The notes beneath the pieces are model-generated. The model made no database searches and was not told the DNA's origin. It saw only the letters and a program-made list of their open reading frames with translations. This document shows positions 27,869-40,099 of a stretch of DNA of 64,000 nucleotides, one piece after another. The stretch lies in contig MU054187.1 of assembly GCA_013239625.1 (NCBI GenBank), positions 5,467,757 through 5,531,756 of the forward strand, given 5' to 3'. Source of the DNA: Lama guanicoe. Taxonomy: Eukaryota. Numbering within the stretch: the first letter of the stretch is position 1; the number at the start of each line of letters is the position of its first letter. The translations under genes were made by a program, and so were the position numbers.

Positions 27869-28335
27869 TGTATTTATTATCTCCTGCTGCATAACAAATT
27901 ACCCCAAAACATAGTACCTTCAAATAGCAAATATTCATTTTCCAACATTTCGGCAATGAGAATAGAAATCCGGCTTAGCCGGGTGCCTCTGGCTCAGGGT
28001 GTTCCATGAGGGGCGCTCAGGCCGCGGGCTGGGGCTGCCGGCTTCTCGAGAGCGGCTTCTGGCCGCGCTCGCCGGGACGCTGGCAGCGCCTGTTCCCGTG
28101 GCCTCTTTCCGAGGCTGTGCGCTGCGCGGCATGGGCGTCCCGCAGAGGCACTAAATGAGCAAGCGAGAACGCTGCAGCCTTTTTGCACCCGAATCTCAAC
28201 GTGACTGCCACCATTTTTGCCAAATCCCTTAGAAGCGCTTTACCAGGTCCAACCCATGCTCAGGGCTAAAGGGAATCCCACCCAGACATGAATCCCAAAA
28301 GGCAGAGATGACCGAGGACCACGTCACCGGGGCTC
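27869..28335 (-). mobile_element. Old MLT1 (MLT1F/H-like) MaLR LTR, unusually CpG-rich
   Basis: tgtatttattatctcctgctgcataacaaattaccccaaaac...ggcttagccgggtgcctctggctcagggt...catgaatccca. Confidence 0.85.
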
Positions 28336-28384
28336 ATCCTTTGACTCCTCAGTGAGTCGAAGTACTTGGCCGAACTTCCTACCT

Positions 28385-28620
28385 CTCTTACCTCCCTCTA
28401 GGAGCCAGCTTTCACGCTGTCACAGGGTGAGTTTTCTGTTCTCAAATACGACTGCTTGCTTCCTTTCTTAAAATCCTTCACTAACTGTTTTTTGGAGACA
28501 AATACCAAAACCCTTTGAATAACGTATAAAACGCTTCATAATCCCAACCTGCCTTCCTTTTCAGCCTCATCTCGCCCTAAATCCACCCAAGGTAGGTGGA
28601 ATGAATAAACTACTTAAGCA
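28385..28620 (+). mobile_element. L2 fragment
   Basis: cttaaaatccttca, aataccaaaaccctt and ccttcctttcagcctcatctc. Confidence 0.6.
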
Positions 28621-29686
28621 ATGAAAGAACCGTGAGTATCATATGGGATATTATACAGATTGAGTTCTTCTATCCGTTGTGTCCTGTGACTCTCCTGATT
28701 TAATCTTTCAGTGATGATGTGTGGGAGATAGTTGGGTCAGTGCTGTGTGGGAAAGCACATTAATACAGGATTAAACGGAACTAAGTCCGCTGTTACTAGT
28801 GTAGTTGTTACAACTCTTGAGTTCCTCTCTCTCTCTCTCCTTGTAAAAGCATTCAAATATGTATTTTCTGTTGCACTTTATGACAATCTTATTAGATATA
28901 TCAGAGAATGTGTCCTTGTCCTGGACCAGGTTTTGCTTTTTTGTGACTTTGATGGATCACTTTGAAGAGTAAAGATGACTTTGTTAAGTCAAAGTATTAT
29001 TATTGTTGTTAATTACAAAGTGTCTTCCACTCTGTACCCGCATTTCACCTAAGCTTACCTATTAGCTAGCATTTGTTGGGTGATATCTTTATGATATCCC
29101 CTTCTTACCGAGCTGTTTTGAATATAGTGTCGGACAAATATTTTATAAGCTCTATGTTACAATAATGTTTCACTGTTCGAAACAATACACGTTTATTTAT
29201 TATTGCTCCTGACGTTTGATTTTGCTTCTAAGGGTTCATATCTTTAAAAATTAAGAGAAGTAATTATATTTTCACCCTTGGAATTTTTGTTTCTCATTCC
29301 AGATCTTTATTGAAGTGAGATTGTGAGTTTAATAAATAATGTACTATTTCAATTCAGAGTGGTATTGCTTTCCTAAATGAATGCATTTAAGCAAGCGCTC
29401 AGTGTTATTATGAGCTCTATTGTGTGGACATGGGTTTTTTCTATTCACTGCCCTGACATTGGCATATTAGAAGGACCTTCACATGGCATCTAAGTCCATG
29501 CACATGCCTAGAAAACCAGCTGCTTTTAAACAGGTCTCTAAAAATTCTATAATCTAGCCCCCAAAAGCTCAAAAATTTAGTTCTACCAAAACCATAAGTA
29601 TATTCTTTTCATCTTCTATAATTCTTAATTTCTTAACAAATATTATAAGGTAATTATCCTGTCAAATGCAATATATTGCAAAATCA

Positions 29687-29977
29687 GATGACCACAAATC
29701 TAAAGCACCTTTTCATATACCTGTTGACCATTTGTACATATACTTTAGAGAAATATCTATTCTGTTTCTTTGCTTGTTTTAAAATTGAATTTTGTTTGCT
29801 ATTGAATTGTAGGTCCTTATATATATTTCAGATATTAATTCTTTATCAAATACATGGTTTGCAAATACTTTCTCTCATTCTGTAGGTTGCCTTTTTATTT
29901 CGTTCATTGTTTCCCTTGCTCTGCAGAAACTTTTTAGTTTGATGTAATTTCACTCATCAAATTTTGCTTTTGTTGCC
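29687..29977 (-). mobile_element. Inverted 5' segment of an L1MA10/L1MB-like element
   Basis: Antisense ORF2 3' sequence gcaccttttcatatacctgttgaccatttg...ttctgtaggttgcc...ttttgcttttgttgcc. Confidence 0.9.
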
Positions 29978-30892
29978 AGGGAAATGGAAATCAAAACCAC
30001 CATGAAATATCACCTCACACTGTTGTGATGGTTAGTATCAGAAAAACAGATGATAACAAGTATTGGCAAGTATGTGGAGCAAAAGGAGCCCTTGTACACT
30101 GCTGGTGGGAGTGTAAATTCATGCATCCACGCTGGAAAATAGTTTGGATGTTCCTCAAAAAATTAAAAATAGAATCACAATGTGATCCAGAATTCTCACT
30201 GCTGGTTATATATACAAAGGGATTAGGACTCTGAAGGACTGTCGTGTTTGTGGTAGCATTATTCACAGTAGTCAAGACATGGAAGCAACCTAAATGTTCA
30301 TCACTGGATGAATGGATAAAGAAAACATGGTAGATGCATAAAATTGGATATTCTTCAGTTTTATAAAAGAAAGAAATTCCACTGTTTGCAATAGCATGGA
30401 TGAACCTGGAGGGCTTTATGCTAAGTGAATAAGCCAGACACAGAAGGATAAATGCTACAATCATACTACTGAAAGAAGAGTCTAAAATAATGACTTATAG
30501 AAGCAGAGTAGAAGGGTGGCTGCTAGGGGAAAGGGGGAGAGGTAAACAGAGAGGTATCAGTCAAAGGTACAAAGCTTCATTTATACAATATGACTCAGTC
30601 CTACGGAGCCGTTGTAGGTCACGATGCCTATAGTTAACAAGACTGTATTGTATACTTAAAAATTAGCTACGAAGATAGATCTTATGTTATGTGTTCTCAT
30701 CACAAAATGATGACAATGGTAACAAATATAGAGAGTAGGGTGAAATTTTTCGAGGTGATGGATATATTTATAACACAGATTGTGGTGATGATTTCATAAG
30801 GGTACACTTATCTCCAAGCTCATCAAATTGTACACATTAATTACGTGCAGACTTTTGTATGTCAATCATACTTCAGAAAAGTGGGGTTTTTT
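29978..30892 (+). mobile_element. L1MA10/L1MB1-like ORF2 end and 3' UTR (sense part of the same insertion)
   Basis: agggaaatggaaatcaaaaccac...atggatgaacctggagggctttatgctaagtgaa...ctcatcaaattgtacacattaa...gtcaatcatacttcag. Confidence 0.92.
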
Positions 30893-32499
30893 AATTCCAA
30901 ATTGGAGAATCACATTAAGATTGCTATTTCCCCCAAACTCTATTCTGCTGAATTTCTATTTCCAGGAGCAGGAGCTCTCCTCACTAGAGAGCCTGTTTAT
31001 GAATCAGTTTGTAATATTATAAAGGCATCAGAAACGCAGAAATAAATGGAGCATCCCTGAACTGATTAGATTAGCCTGAGCTCTTTCCACATGTGATTGC
31101 AGATGATCTAATTGGCTTGTGCAGTAAGTAAGTTACCCTGAGTGTTTGAATATAATGCATGTATGTTTACAATACCAAAACACATTAGAAATAGTTTCAT
31201 TTACTCTCTTTCTCTTGGCATCACTCCTGCTGGAGAAAGCTTTCCACCGTGCCTCCAATGGAAAGGGGGAGCATTTGAGGTGATCTGTCACAGTCTTCTA
31301 AGGATTTTCCTCTATCTGAATCATCAGCTGTCTTTGAGTGACGTTTTAAGAGAAGAAGTGTGCTTTGTGAGTCTCTCCTGACCTAAACAGCTTTCCATGA
31401 TGGGTCTCCCACATGAAAGGAAAGGGTGCCCACTCTCAACAGTGTATTCAACTGCTTTGAAAACTGCCTTTTTCCTTTTATCCAGTCTTGCTTTCTGTCT
31501 TAATGTAAGCAATTGAGTAAGAGTAATATGAAAAAGATTCAGATCTGAGAAAAAGAGTACTTTATTTTCATTATTCATTTCAAGAGACTGTTTCTAGTTA
31601 TTAAATTCTCTAATTCTCTGAACACATAGTATATATATATCGCTGGAAACCAAAAGAATGTAATTACTTGAATGTTACATTAATTAATGGGATACTTTAT
31701 TGAGATTTTATGTTCAGAGAGTTGTGTATAGGCAAGATGACTAAATAGATCATTTGGACCACAAAAGAACTGTTCCTAATGGCTTAATATATTTTTTTAG
31801 TTTTCTTGGAGTTAACAAATCTAGACAAAGGCATGGAATTCAATTGATAATAAAGACATCATCTAATTGCAATAAAAATTGAAGAGCAATCAATGTGTGT
31901 ATATTAAACGTTGTGACAGTTCCTCCTACATCTAAGCTCCTGAATCACTTTTGTTTTTCAGCTAATACATAGTAGCTCTCGCTATGTTTCTCTCACCATT
32001 CAGTTTTTATTCACTGAGGAGCCATGTACAGCATACCTACTTCATGCTGAACACTTATTTTGCTACCCAAGGTCCCAACAAGCACATGGCACTGGTACCA
32101 GGTAAATCTGACATCTGCACTGTTAACATGTCTTCGCCTTTGAGCATCAATTAGCATTGTTTCATGAGACTGGATAGGCAGTCTTTCTTATTTAAACACA
32201 CACACATACAAACCCAGCCTCTAACAGTCCATTACACAACAGCAACTGTGCAAGGCAATACACTGGAGAGAATTCAAGAAACAAAAATTCTCTATTCACA
32301 ATGGAATTCACACTCTTCCACTGTGACAAAAAGGGGGTGGGCTTTCAAAGCTGCCAGATTCTTGTTCATTTGACTTCTTCATTCTCAGCTCTGCTTCAAA
32401 GGAGAAAATAATGTAGCCACATTATGTCTCCCCTGGGAATTTGAATTCTGGAAGGGTATTTCTTATCAGTGCTCTAGATTTGCTAACCAATTCAATACT

Positions 32500-32556
32500 A
32501 TTAGTTTACTGAGGCCGAGAGAGGTGGAATGCCCTAGCCAAGGTCATGTGGTTCGT
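32500..32556 (-). mobile_element. MIR core fragment
   Basis: actgaggccgagagaggtggaatgccctagccaaggtcatg. Confidence 0.55.
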
Positions 32557-32617
32557 TTCAATTTCAATTTCAATTCGTTCCTGTTAATACAGGAACCCTG
32601 ACTTGGTGGTGCCTACT

Positions 32618-33013
32618 TGTTATGGACTGAATGGTGTCCCCCCAGAATTCATATGTTGAAGCCCTAATCTCCAATTTGACTATATTTGGAGATAGAACTT
32701 TTAGGGAGGAAATTAAAGTTAAAGGATGCCATAGGGTGGGACTGTAATCCCATAGGACTGGTATTCTTATATGAAGAAGAAGAGATACCAGAGGTTTCTC
32801 CCTCTTCGCTTGCATGCTCGGAGAAGATGCCACGTGAGGACACAATGAGAAGATGTTATTGCAAGCTAAGGAGAGAGGTCTCAGCAGAAACCAATTCTGC
32901 TGGGATCTCGATTTTGGACTTTCTGCCTCCAGAACTGTGAGAAAATAAACTTCTACTGTTTAAGCCACCCATTCTATGGTATTTTGTTATGGCAGCTTGA
33001 GTAGACTAAGACA
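32618..33013 (+). mobile_element. MLT1A0/MLT1B-like MaLR solo LTR, complete, with 5-bp TSD (ctact/ctacc)
   Basis: Starts tgttatggactgaat, ends gactaagaca; AATAAA in gagaaaataaacttct. Confidence 0.93.
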
Positions 33014-33111
33014 CTACCGGTGGTTGGTCTCAAGGAGCCCTGAGAGACAAACAGGGGAGCCCAGAGTGATGTGTGGCAGAGTCTACAACAGGTCCAGCCA
33101 GTGGTCCTTGG

Positions 33112-33575
33112 TGTAGTGCATCAGTTCAGGTCCTCCAAGAAGCAGACCTCGGGATAGAATTAGGCGTGCAAGAGACTCACTGAGGGGAAAACCTGTGAAA
33201 GATCAAGCTGAGAGGTAGCAGGAGCAGATAGGCAGGGTCTCCTGTTGCCCTGCAGGGCTTGATACCTGTGAAGAGGAAAAAAGATGGAAGAGGGATTGGG
33301 TAAGAAGAGTTCTGAACTGCAAGGGTAGCGCCAAGACCTTCTTGGCCAGGCTGATGGGCAGATCCAAGCAAAGTTTACTAGTCTGAGGAATCCTCCATTG
33401 GGATGAATTGGGTGCACCTCGTATCCCCCATTGTTCTCACTCAGTGACTGAGAATGGGCTGAAATGGATGTGACCTTGGCATGAACATTGAGGTGGATCT
33501 GAGTGCAGCAGCTGGAGGCTGTCCACCAACTCACCTCTTCCCAGTAGGTTCCCCTGAAGGGTCATCTGAACAGCC
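33112..33575 (-). mobile_element. LTR16-family (ERVL) solo LTR
   Basis: ttcaggtcctccaagaagcagac...gcgtgcaagaga...acctgtgaa...ggattgggtaagaagag...ttggccaggctgatgggc. Confidence 0.8.
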
Positions 33576-33795
33576 AGGAAGTCAGTATATCAGAGGAAGA
33601 CTAGGGCTTGAGCTTGGCTGACCTTGTTCCTTTCCAATTCCAATATATTACAAAGTTTGAAGGACTAGGAATCAAATAACAGTTAAGTTTACTACACAGA
33701 CAGTTGTAAAGCTAGAGGTTGGGTGGACAAGTTGTTGGGTGCATGTCTTTAATGCATGATGTTTCTAGTGATCTTTTTACGGTTGAACCTAGCAC

Positions 33796-33988
33796 AATGC
33801 CAACCCTACCCATAGTTGAAGATCCATGCATAAATTTAGTTATTCCTGCATATCCAAGAATCTGAATCTTCAGATTCAACCAACCTTGGATCCTGTAGTA
33901 TAGTACTATGGTACATATTTACTAAACAAAAAATTCAAGTCGAATTGAACCCATGCAATTCAAACCAGTGTTGTTCAAGAGTCAACAG
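33796..33988 (-). mobile_element. MER8/Tigger2-family TcMar MITE
   Basis: gattcaaccaacc...tgtagta...aattcaaaccagtgttgttcaagagtcaacag is the reverse complement of the cagttgacccttgaacaacac terminus. Confidence 0.8.
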
Positions 33989-33991
33989 TGC

Positions 33992-35028
33992 TTTTTTTGG
34001 AAATGTAGTTGACTTACAATTTTACGTTAGTTTCAGCTGTACAAGAAGTGATTTGACTTTTAAATACACTACACAATGATCACCATAAGTCCAGTGAGCA
34101 TCTGTCACCACAGGAAGTTATTACAGCACTATTGACGATATTCCTTTTGCTGTGATTTATTTTATAACTGGAAGTTTGTATCACTTAACCCCCTTCATAT
34201 ATTTATCCTAACCCCCCACCTCCATCTCCCGTGGTTCCCACCAGTTTGTTCTCTGTATCTATGAGTCTGTTTCTGTTTCGTTTTGCTGATTTCTTCGGTT
34301 TTTAGATTCCACATATAAGTAAAATCAAATGATATTTGTCTTTCTGTGTCTGTTTTTATGTCACTTAGCATAATACCCTTTCTCAATATGTACTACATCA
34401 TCTTTATCCATTCATCTGTTGATACACTCTTAGGTTGCTTTCATATCTTGGCTATTGTAAATAGTGCTGCAATGAACATATGGTGCATATATTTTTTTGA
34501 ATTAGTATTTTTGTTTTCTTTGGATAAATACCCAGGAGTGAAATTTCTGAATCATATGGTAGTTCTATTTTTAATTTTTAAAGGAGTCTCCAAACTGTTT
34601 TCCACAGTGGCTGCACCAACTTACGTATCTACCAACAGTGCATAGGGGTACACTTTCCTCCACATCCTTGTCAACACTTGTTATTTGTTATGAAATAACT
34701 TACTTTTGATAATAGTCATTCTGACAGGTGTGAGATGGTAGCCGGTTGTGGTTTTGATTTGCATTTTTCTAACGATTAGTGATGTTGAGCATCTTTTCAT
34801 GTGTCTGTCAGCCACCCGTATGTCTTCTTTGGAAAAATGTCTGTTCAGGTCCTCTGCCCATGTTTTAACTGAATTACTTAGGTTTTTTGATATTGAGCTG
34901 CATGATATCTTTATGTATTTGGGATGTTCATTCTCCATTGGATATATTATTTGCAAACATCTTCTCCCATTTTGTGGGTTGCCTTTTCATTTTGTTGATG
35001 GTTTCCTTCACTGTGCAAAAGCTTTTGT
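33992..35028 (-). mobile_element. L1 3' end (L1MA9-like/laurasiatherian), 5'-truncated
   Basis: tagattccacatataagt, catatcttggctattgtaaatagtgctgcaatgaacat and gatgttgagcatcttttcatgtg. Confidence 0.92.
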
Positions 35029-35553
35029 TTCTAGTGACTTAAAAGTCAATAATAACACTTGCTTTTTCTTACTTATTGTAATGAGATGAAAACCCAAGTA
35101 ATGTGACTTATTCTGCCATGTTGACAAGTCTAATATTTGCAAATAAAGTGATAACACATCTCTTCAGGAGTGAAGGAACCTTTCATCATCACAACTTCTC
35201 TTGCCAAGTTATCAAACTGTCACGTGCAATTTTAATGACCTTTCAGTGCCATGCTCACCTGACTCCAACAATATGATCAGAATCCTCTCATTCTATGAAA
35301 TGGAATATGGAGTATTTAGAATAATTTTCTCCCTATGATAGGCATAAAATTAATCCTAACTCTTCAGAAAGAAGGCTGGTACCATGAGCTTAACAGAAGT
35401 CTTCTATGAAACTCTCATTTTTGGTAGCTACTCAGAATCCTAGTGCCTGGCTAAGTGGAATGAAACGTGTCCACGGAAAGTAGAAAGGGCTCTTCTTCAA
35501 GGGAGGAATCTGTAGAAGAGAAAGCCCCTCTGTGGAAGGAAGCTCACCACACC

Positions 35554-35998
35554 TGTTATGGACTGAATCCTGTCCGCACAAGGGGGTTCATATGTTTAAG
35601 CCCTAATATCCAGTGTGCCAGTATTTGCAGACAGGGACTTTGGCAGACAGTTAATTAGGTTTAGATGAGGTGATGAGTATCGTCTACAAGGTGGGATTAG
35701 TGCCTTACAAGAGGAGGAAGAGACAGGAGAGCTAGCTCCCTTGCTCCCTCTCTCCCTCTCTCTCTCTCTTTCCCCCCCCACCCCTTTTTTTCCCACCCAC
35801 ACAAAAAGAGGCTGTGTGAGCACACAAATGTACGGTAGTACTTTGCAAGCCAGGGAGAACATTTTCACCAAGAACCAAATCTGCTGAAGCTTTGATCTTG
35901 GACTTCCCAGCCTCCAGAACTGGGAGAAATAAATGTTATTTAAACCACTTATTCTACCAAGTGATATTTTGTTACAGAAGTCCAAGTTCATCAAGACA
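35554..35998 (+). mobile_element. MLT1A-like MaLR solo LTR with internal CT-rich tract
   Basis: tgttatggactgaat...gtgggattagtgcctta...ttgatcttggacttcccagcctccagaact...aagaca; cacc on both flanks. Confidence 0.9.
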
Positions 35999-37529
35999 CA
36001 CCCTTAGCTCAGCTAAAGCAACTTCCACAAGAAAGTTCCCCCTTTCTGAATCTGAAATCTTCCCTGCAAGAGGCAGAAAGAGGACCCTCAAAACAAACAC
36101 AAGTTGTTCTCTTCAGAAAGCAGGTTCCTTATTGCAGAAACCTCCTCTAAGGGGAGACTGTCATATCGAGGTGTCTGGCTTCTCGGTGCTCAGGAGTGAA
36201 TCGCAGCATTTGCATCTCGTCACTCATTGTTGACATTATTGTTTCCTCTTTGCCTCCATTATCCTCCAGCAGAATGGAGCTGCCATTGGCGCATCCTCCG
36301 ACCAACAGTCTAACCACCAGCTACAACTCGGGAGAGTCTGAGATAATGGTAAGAGTCATTAACAAAGATAATAAGAAATGAAAATGCCTGCGCCCTGGGC
36401 AGGACGTTATTTCTATATTTTTTAACAGATTATAACAAATGCTTCCTTCTATAAATGACCCTGGAACCCTCCAACTACGACCAACAAGGAGTCGTCGTGA
36501 TGACTTGGAAAATATTTTGGTTCAGAGAATATCAGGGCTGGTGGGTACTGGGGAGCTTGCAAGAGACCGTGGCCCCTCTGATATCTTTCACAACCTTCTT
36601 GCCAGTGCTTATCAGAAATAAAGAGAAAGCAAAAGTCTCTGGGGGTGACTTCAGGTCACGACTGGCTGAGTAGATTTATGCTGCTCATGTGTGCCATGGC
36701 GCTAAAAGATGCTGCTTATGCGAATCTGCAAAAGTTCGATGGAATGCAATGAGTCAGAAATCTTGAGCATTCCAAAACACAAAAGTTTTGCTAAGTTCTT
36801 TACTTTCTAAGGTGTCCTGGTGTACTTGTTTATAGCTCCCTGCCAGAAAACGAATATAAAACAGATTTTTCTTTTGTATCAGACTAATATGCCCATTACT
36901 AAGAAGGGGGAAAAAACATATTATACTCAGAATCATTTCCATATTAGGATGGAGCGATAGTTTATAGGCAACAGAAGGATATTGTGCATGGTGACAAGGC
37001 TCAAATATGATTGGCTTGATGGAATGTTTCACATATTTTATGTATCTCAAAAGCTCAGCTAATACTCCACAAATTTAGGTGAAATATTTTGTTGTATTAA
37101 CAAAAATGTGTTTCTCTGTATCTTTCCTGGCTTAAGTTACTGACAACAGCCCAGGCTTTGGGACCGATGTTCAAACCCAATTCAGTTTCCTAACTGAAGA
37201 AAGAAATATCAGCTCTGAGTGTTTTTGTTTTTTATTTTGTTTTATAATTGTTTTAAAAACGTAACCTTCCTTGGGTATTTCTGAGTTCCCGGCTGGGCAG
37301 CACTTGCTAATTCCAACCTGATGTGGAAAACCCAGATCCGGGAAAACAGCTTCCAAACCAACAGGAACATCCGTCTCTCAATCTCTTTCTTTTTATTAAC
37401 ATTAGTACTTGTAAGGCATTACCACACTATATTGCAAGTAGGCAATATATTGTTGGTTTTAAAGCGCTATTATACATTTTGGGCTTCTTTGCTGAGTCAA
37501 GGTAAAGAACACTAGCTTTTGACGTGAAT

Positions 37530-37725
37530 CATGAGAGAAGCTGGGCTAGGAAGGGGCAGACCCGTTCTTATCTGACTCTGCATTAATGGGGACAATCACT
37601 TCTCTCTAAGCTGAAAAACAAAGCAGGAGGGACAGTCAGATCTTACTTCATGGGGATGCTTTGCATAGATTTAAGTGAAGTAACCTGTATGGAGCAATTC
37701 ATATATGGCTAGACACATGGTGGGA
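37530..37725 (+). mobile_element. MIR SINE (degraded)
   Basis: gacaatcacttctctctaag, cttacttcatggggatg and gatttaagtga...gacacatgg. Confidence 0.5.
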
Positions 37726-39099
37726 AGACCTGCCAATTTCCTACAACTTAATTTCCTACCCCGGTGTGCGTTGAATACTTGGGGAGGTCCTGAGTAGCTA
37801 AAGAGACAGGGGTGGCCACCTCTGCCCCTGGTTCACCAGCATTCCTTCTTATCATGCATCCTTGGTCTTCTTTTATTTTGCCAAACAGGAAAGCACAGCA
37901 CCCAACCTACAAACGCCAGCACAGCTGGAGGGAAAACCTGCAGGAATCCACGTGGAGAGGCAGGAGCTCCGAGGAGCCAAACAGCTCTTAGAGAAAGACT
38001 CACACAGACACAGACCTCGGCCCCGAGCCCTGGATGGAGAGGCGGGTCAACCGCCGAACGCACGAGAGCCCTTCTTAACTTCAGATTGAGTGCGAATTTC
38101 TTCTGAAAACTGATTTTTTTTTTCCCAGAGATTTGTTGCTTCTAGGAATGAGATGAGACTTTCAAATTCATTTCCCTGGAGGCTCACACCAAATTTGAAA
38201 GTAGCAGAGAAACAGTGAAAGCCAGTCATTTCACCAGCTGGCTCGCCCGCCATCATCTGACATCGCATGGGAAGTTGTAATATGTTGTGTGATTACTTCC
38301 TCTTTTTTATCTGTTTGCCTTTCGTCCTCTATTTCTGAGTTATCTTTCTTCATTTTGTGGAGAACAATATAAATATATAATGTTTTTGGGGTGGAAACAT
38401 GTTTGTTGGAAGCTGCTGGGTTATTCTTATTTCTGAATGCTTTGAACAGGAAGTCATCATTTTCCTTTTCCCCCATGTAAAGATAAAGAAGCAGTAACCA
38501 CGGAGCTAGGCACGTGATGATTAGGACAAGTGATGATTTTATTGGAATCCTTCATGCTGTGGGTTATTAGGTTGTTGGTTTTCTGTAACATTCAGCTTTT
38601 TTCAAACTGTAAAATATGCTCAATTTTTATTAGAAACATGATGATACTTCAGCCAGAGTTTAATCTATTCAAGTTATTATATGTCTCTAGCCCAAAATTC
38701 AGTAAAGAATGAGTGTGCATAGTGTAATTGTATCATTTCCAACATTACATATATTTTTCTAAAATCCATGTAGACATATATCTGCATGAAAGCTTGCCTT
38801 TTGGGTACAACCCCCATCATAATACAGATAACTTGGGTTTGAGAAGTTGTGCATAATCTGATGCGTGAAGTACAAATTACATAGAAATGCACAAACATTT
38901 TTGATGTCAAAGTGCCTTTTTCTCCTGTGAGGTATTTCGATATAACATTAGTTACAGTGATAACAATCTGAATATGTTTCTAAACTAGATGGACTTTTAA
39001 TCCACAGTTTTATTTACTTCCATCCCATCCTTCCTGATCCCTATAAAATATTACTAAGTGTATTCCACCCCTGTGCTGTCTTACTACTGATGGAGCCAC

Positions 39100-39215
39100 A
39101 CACTCCGTCTCAAGCATCTGTCTGCCAGGTGCTGCGCCAGGTGCTGGCCTGAAGGCAGTGACCACAAGCAGCACTGGCTGCTGCCCGAGGACCCCGCGAC
39201 TTGGGCAGGTGCTCA
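39100..39215 (-). mobile_element. L2 3' fragment
   Basis: aagcatctgtctgccaggtgctgcgccaggtgctgg...cagtga. Confidence 0.45.
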
Positions 39216-40099
39216 GGTATTGCAGGAAGAAATTTCAATAAGCAAGAAGTATACATTTTTTCCATCATAATTTAATTTCTTTTTAAGTCCCGATTATACT
39301 AGTTAATAGAAATTTAATCAATTTAGCGGCATCTCCCTCCCACACTCCTTGCTCTGCCTGGGGCCGTGTCTGTGGTCTCAGGAGTTCATATCGTGCTTGG
39401 GGATTGACAGGTGGCTCTGGCCTGGGCTGTCCCCTGTGCATTACCTGAGATGTCCTTTTCCTGTCAAGTGATCCTTCGTCCATCCTGCCCTGTCACTCAA
39501 GGGACCTTGTTCCAGCCACTAAGCCTGGTCAGGCTCTCTGCCCCTTTGCTGTCCCCCTCAGGTTCTAGTGCCACATTGTTGCTCCCAGCTCACCTGGGGC
39601 GAAAGGCCACTTAGTGGAGCCATCAGAACCATCCTTTGCATGCTGATCTCTGACACTCAGAAGTCACTCAAATCCTCTCCCATGTCAGGTGTCCAGGTCC
39701 CTCGGCCTTTCTACTCCTCTATTACCACACCTACATGTGGGGAAACTGAGGCTTTATCATGTCTCCTCAGTCTGACAGACAAGGTCTCTCCTCTCACAGG
39801 CCCATGTGAAGTGTCCGTTATCCCCTCTGCCCCCTGGACAGACTCCATTCGCAGGAACACGTCAGCACCCACTTCTCTGGCTTCCCCGGCACCTCTCCTC
39901 CCATCCAACCCAGGGACTCATTTCTGGAATTGAGAGCTACCAGAAACCTTGCTCCAACTCCTGTCTTCTCGCTTCCTCGGGGTCTCAGCTTTTCAAATTG
40001 GAAAGAGTTTTCTCTGCTGTAACATCCCTTCCTTGAAATAAACTTATTGACAAAACAGGAAGGGGATCACAGGTTCAAAGGAAGTGTGCGGGAGGAAGG

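Noticed and set aside
27935..28223. Three overlapping GC-rich ORFs on the minus strand
   Set aside because: Open only because of local GC richness in the MLT1 LTR; low-complexity Ala/Arg/Pro peptides with no recognisable domain.
30015..30464. Longest ORF in the track (149 aa, minus strand)
   Set aside because: It is the antisense reading of an L1 3' region, a common spurious ORF.
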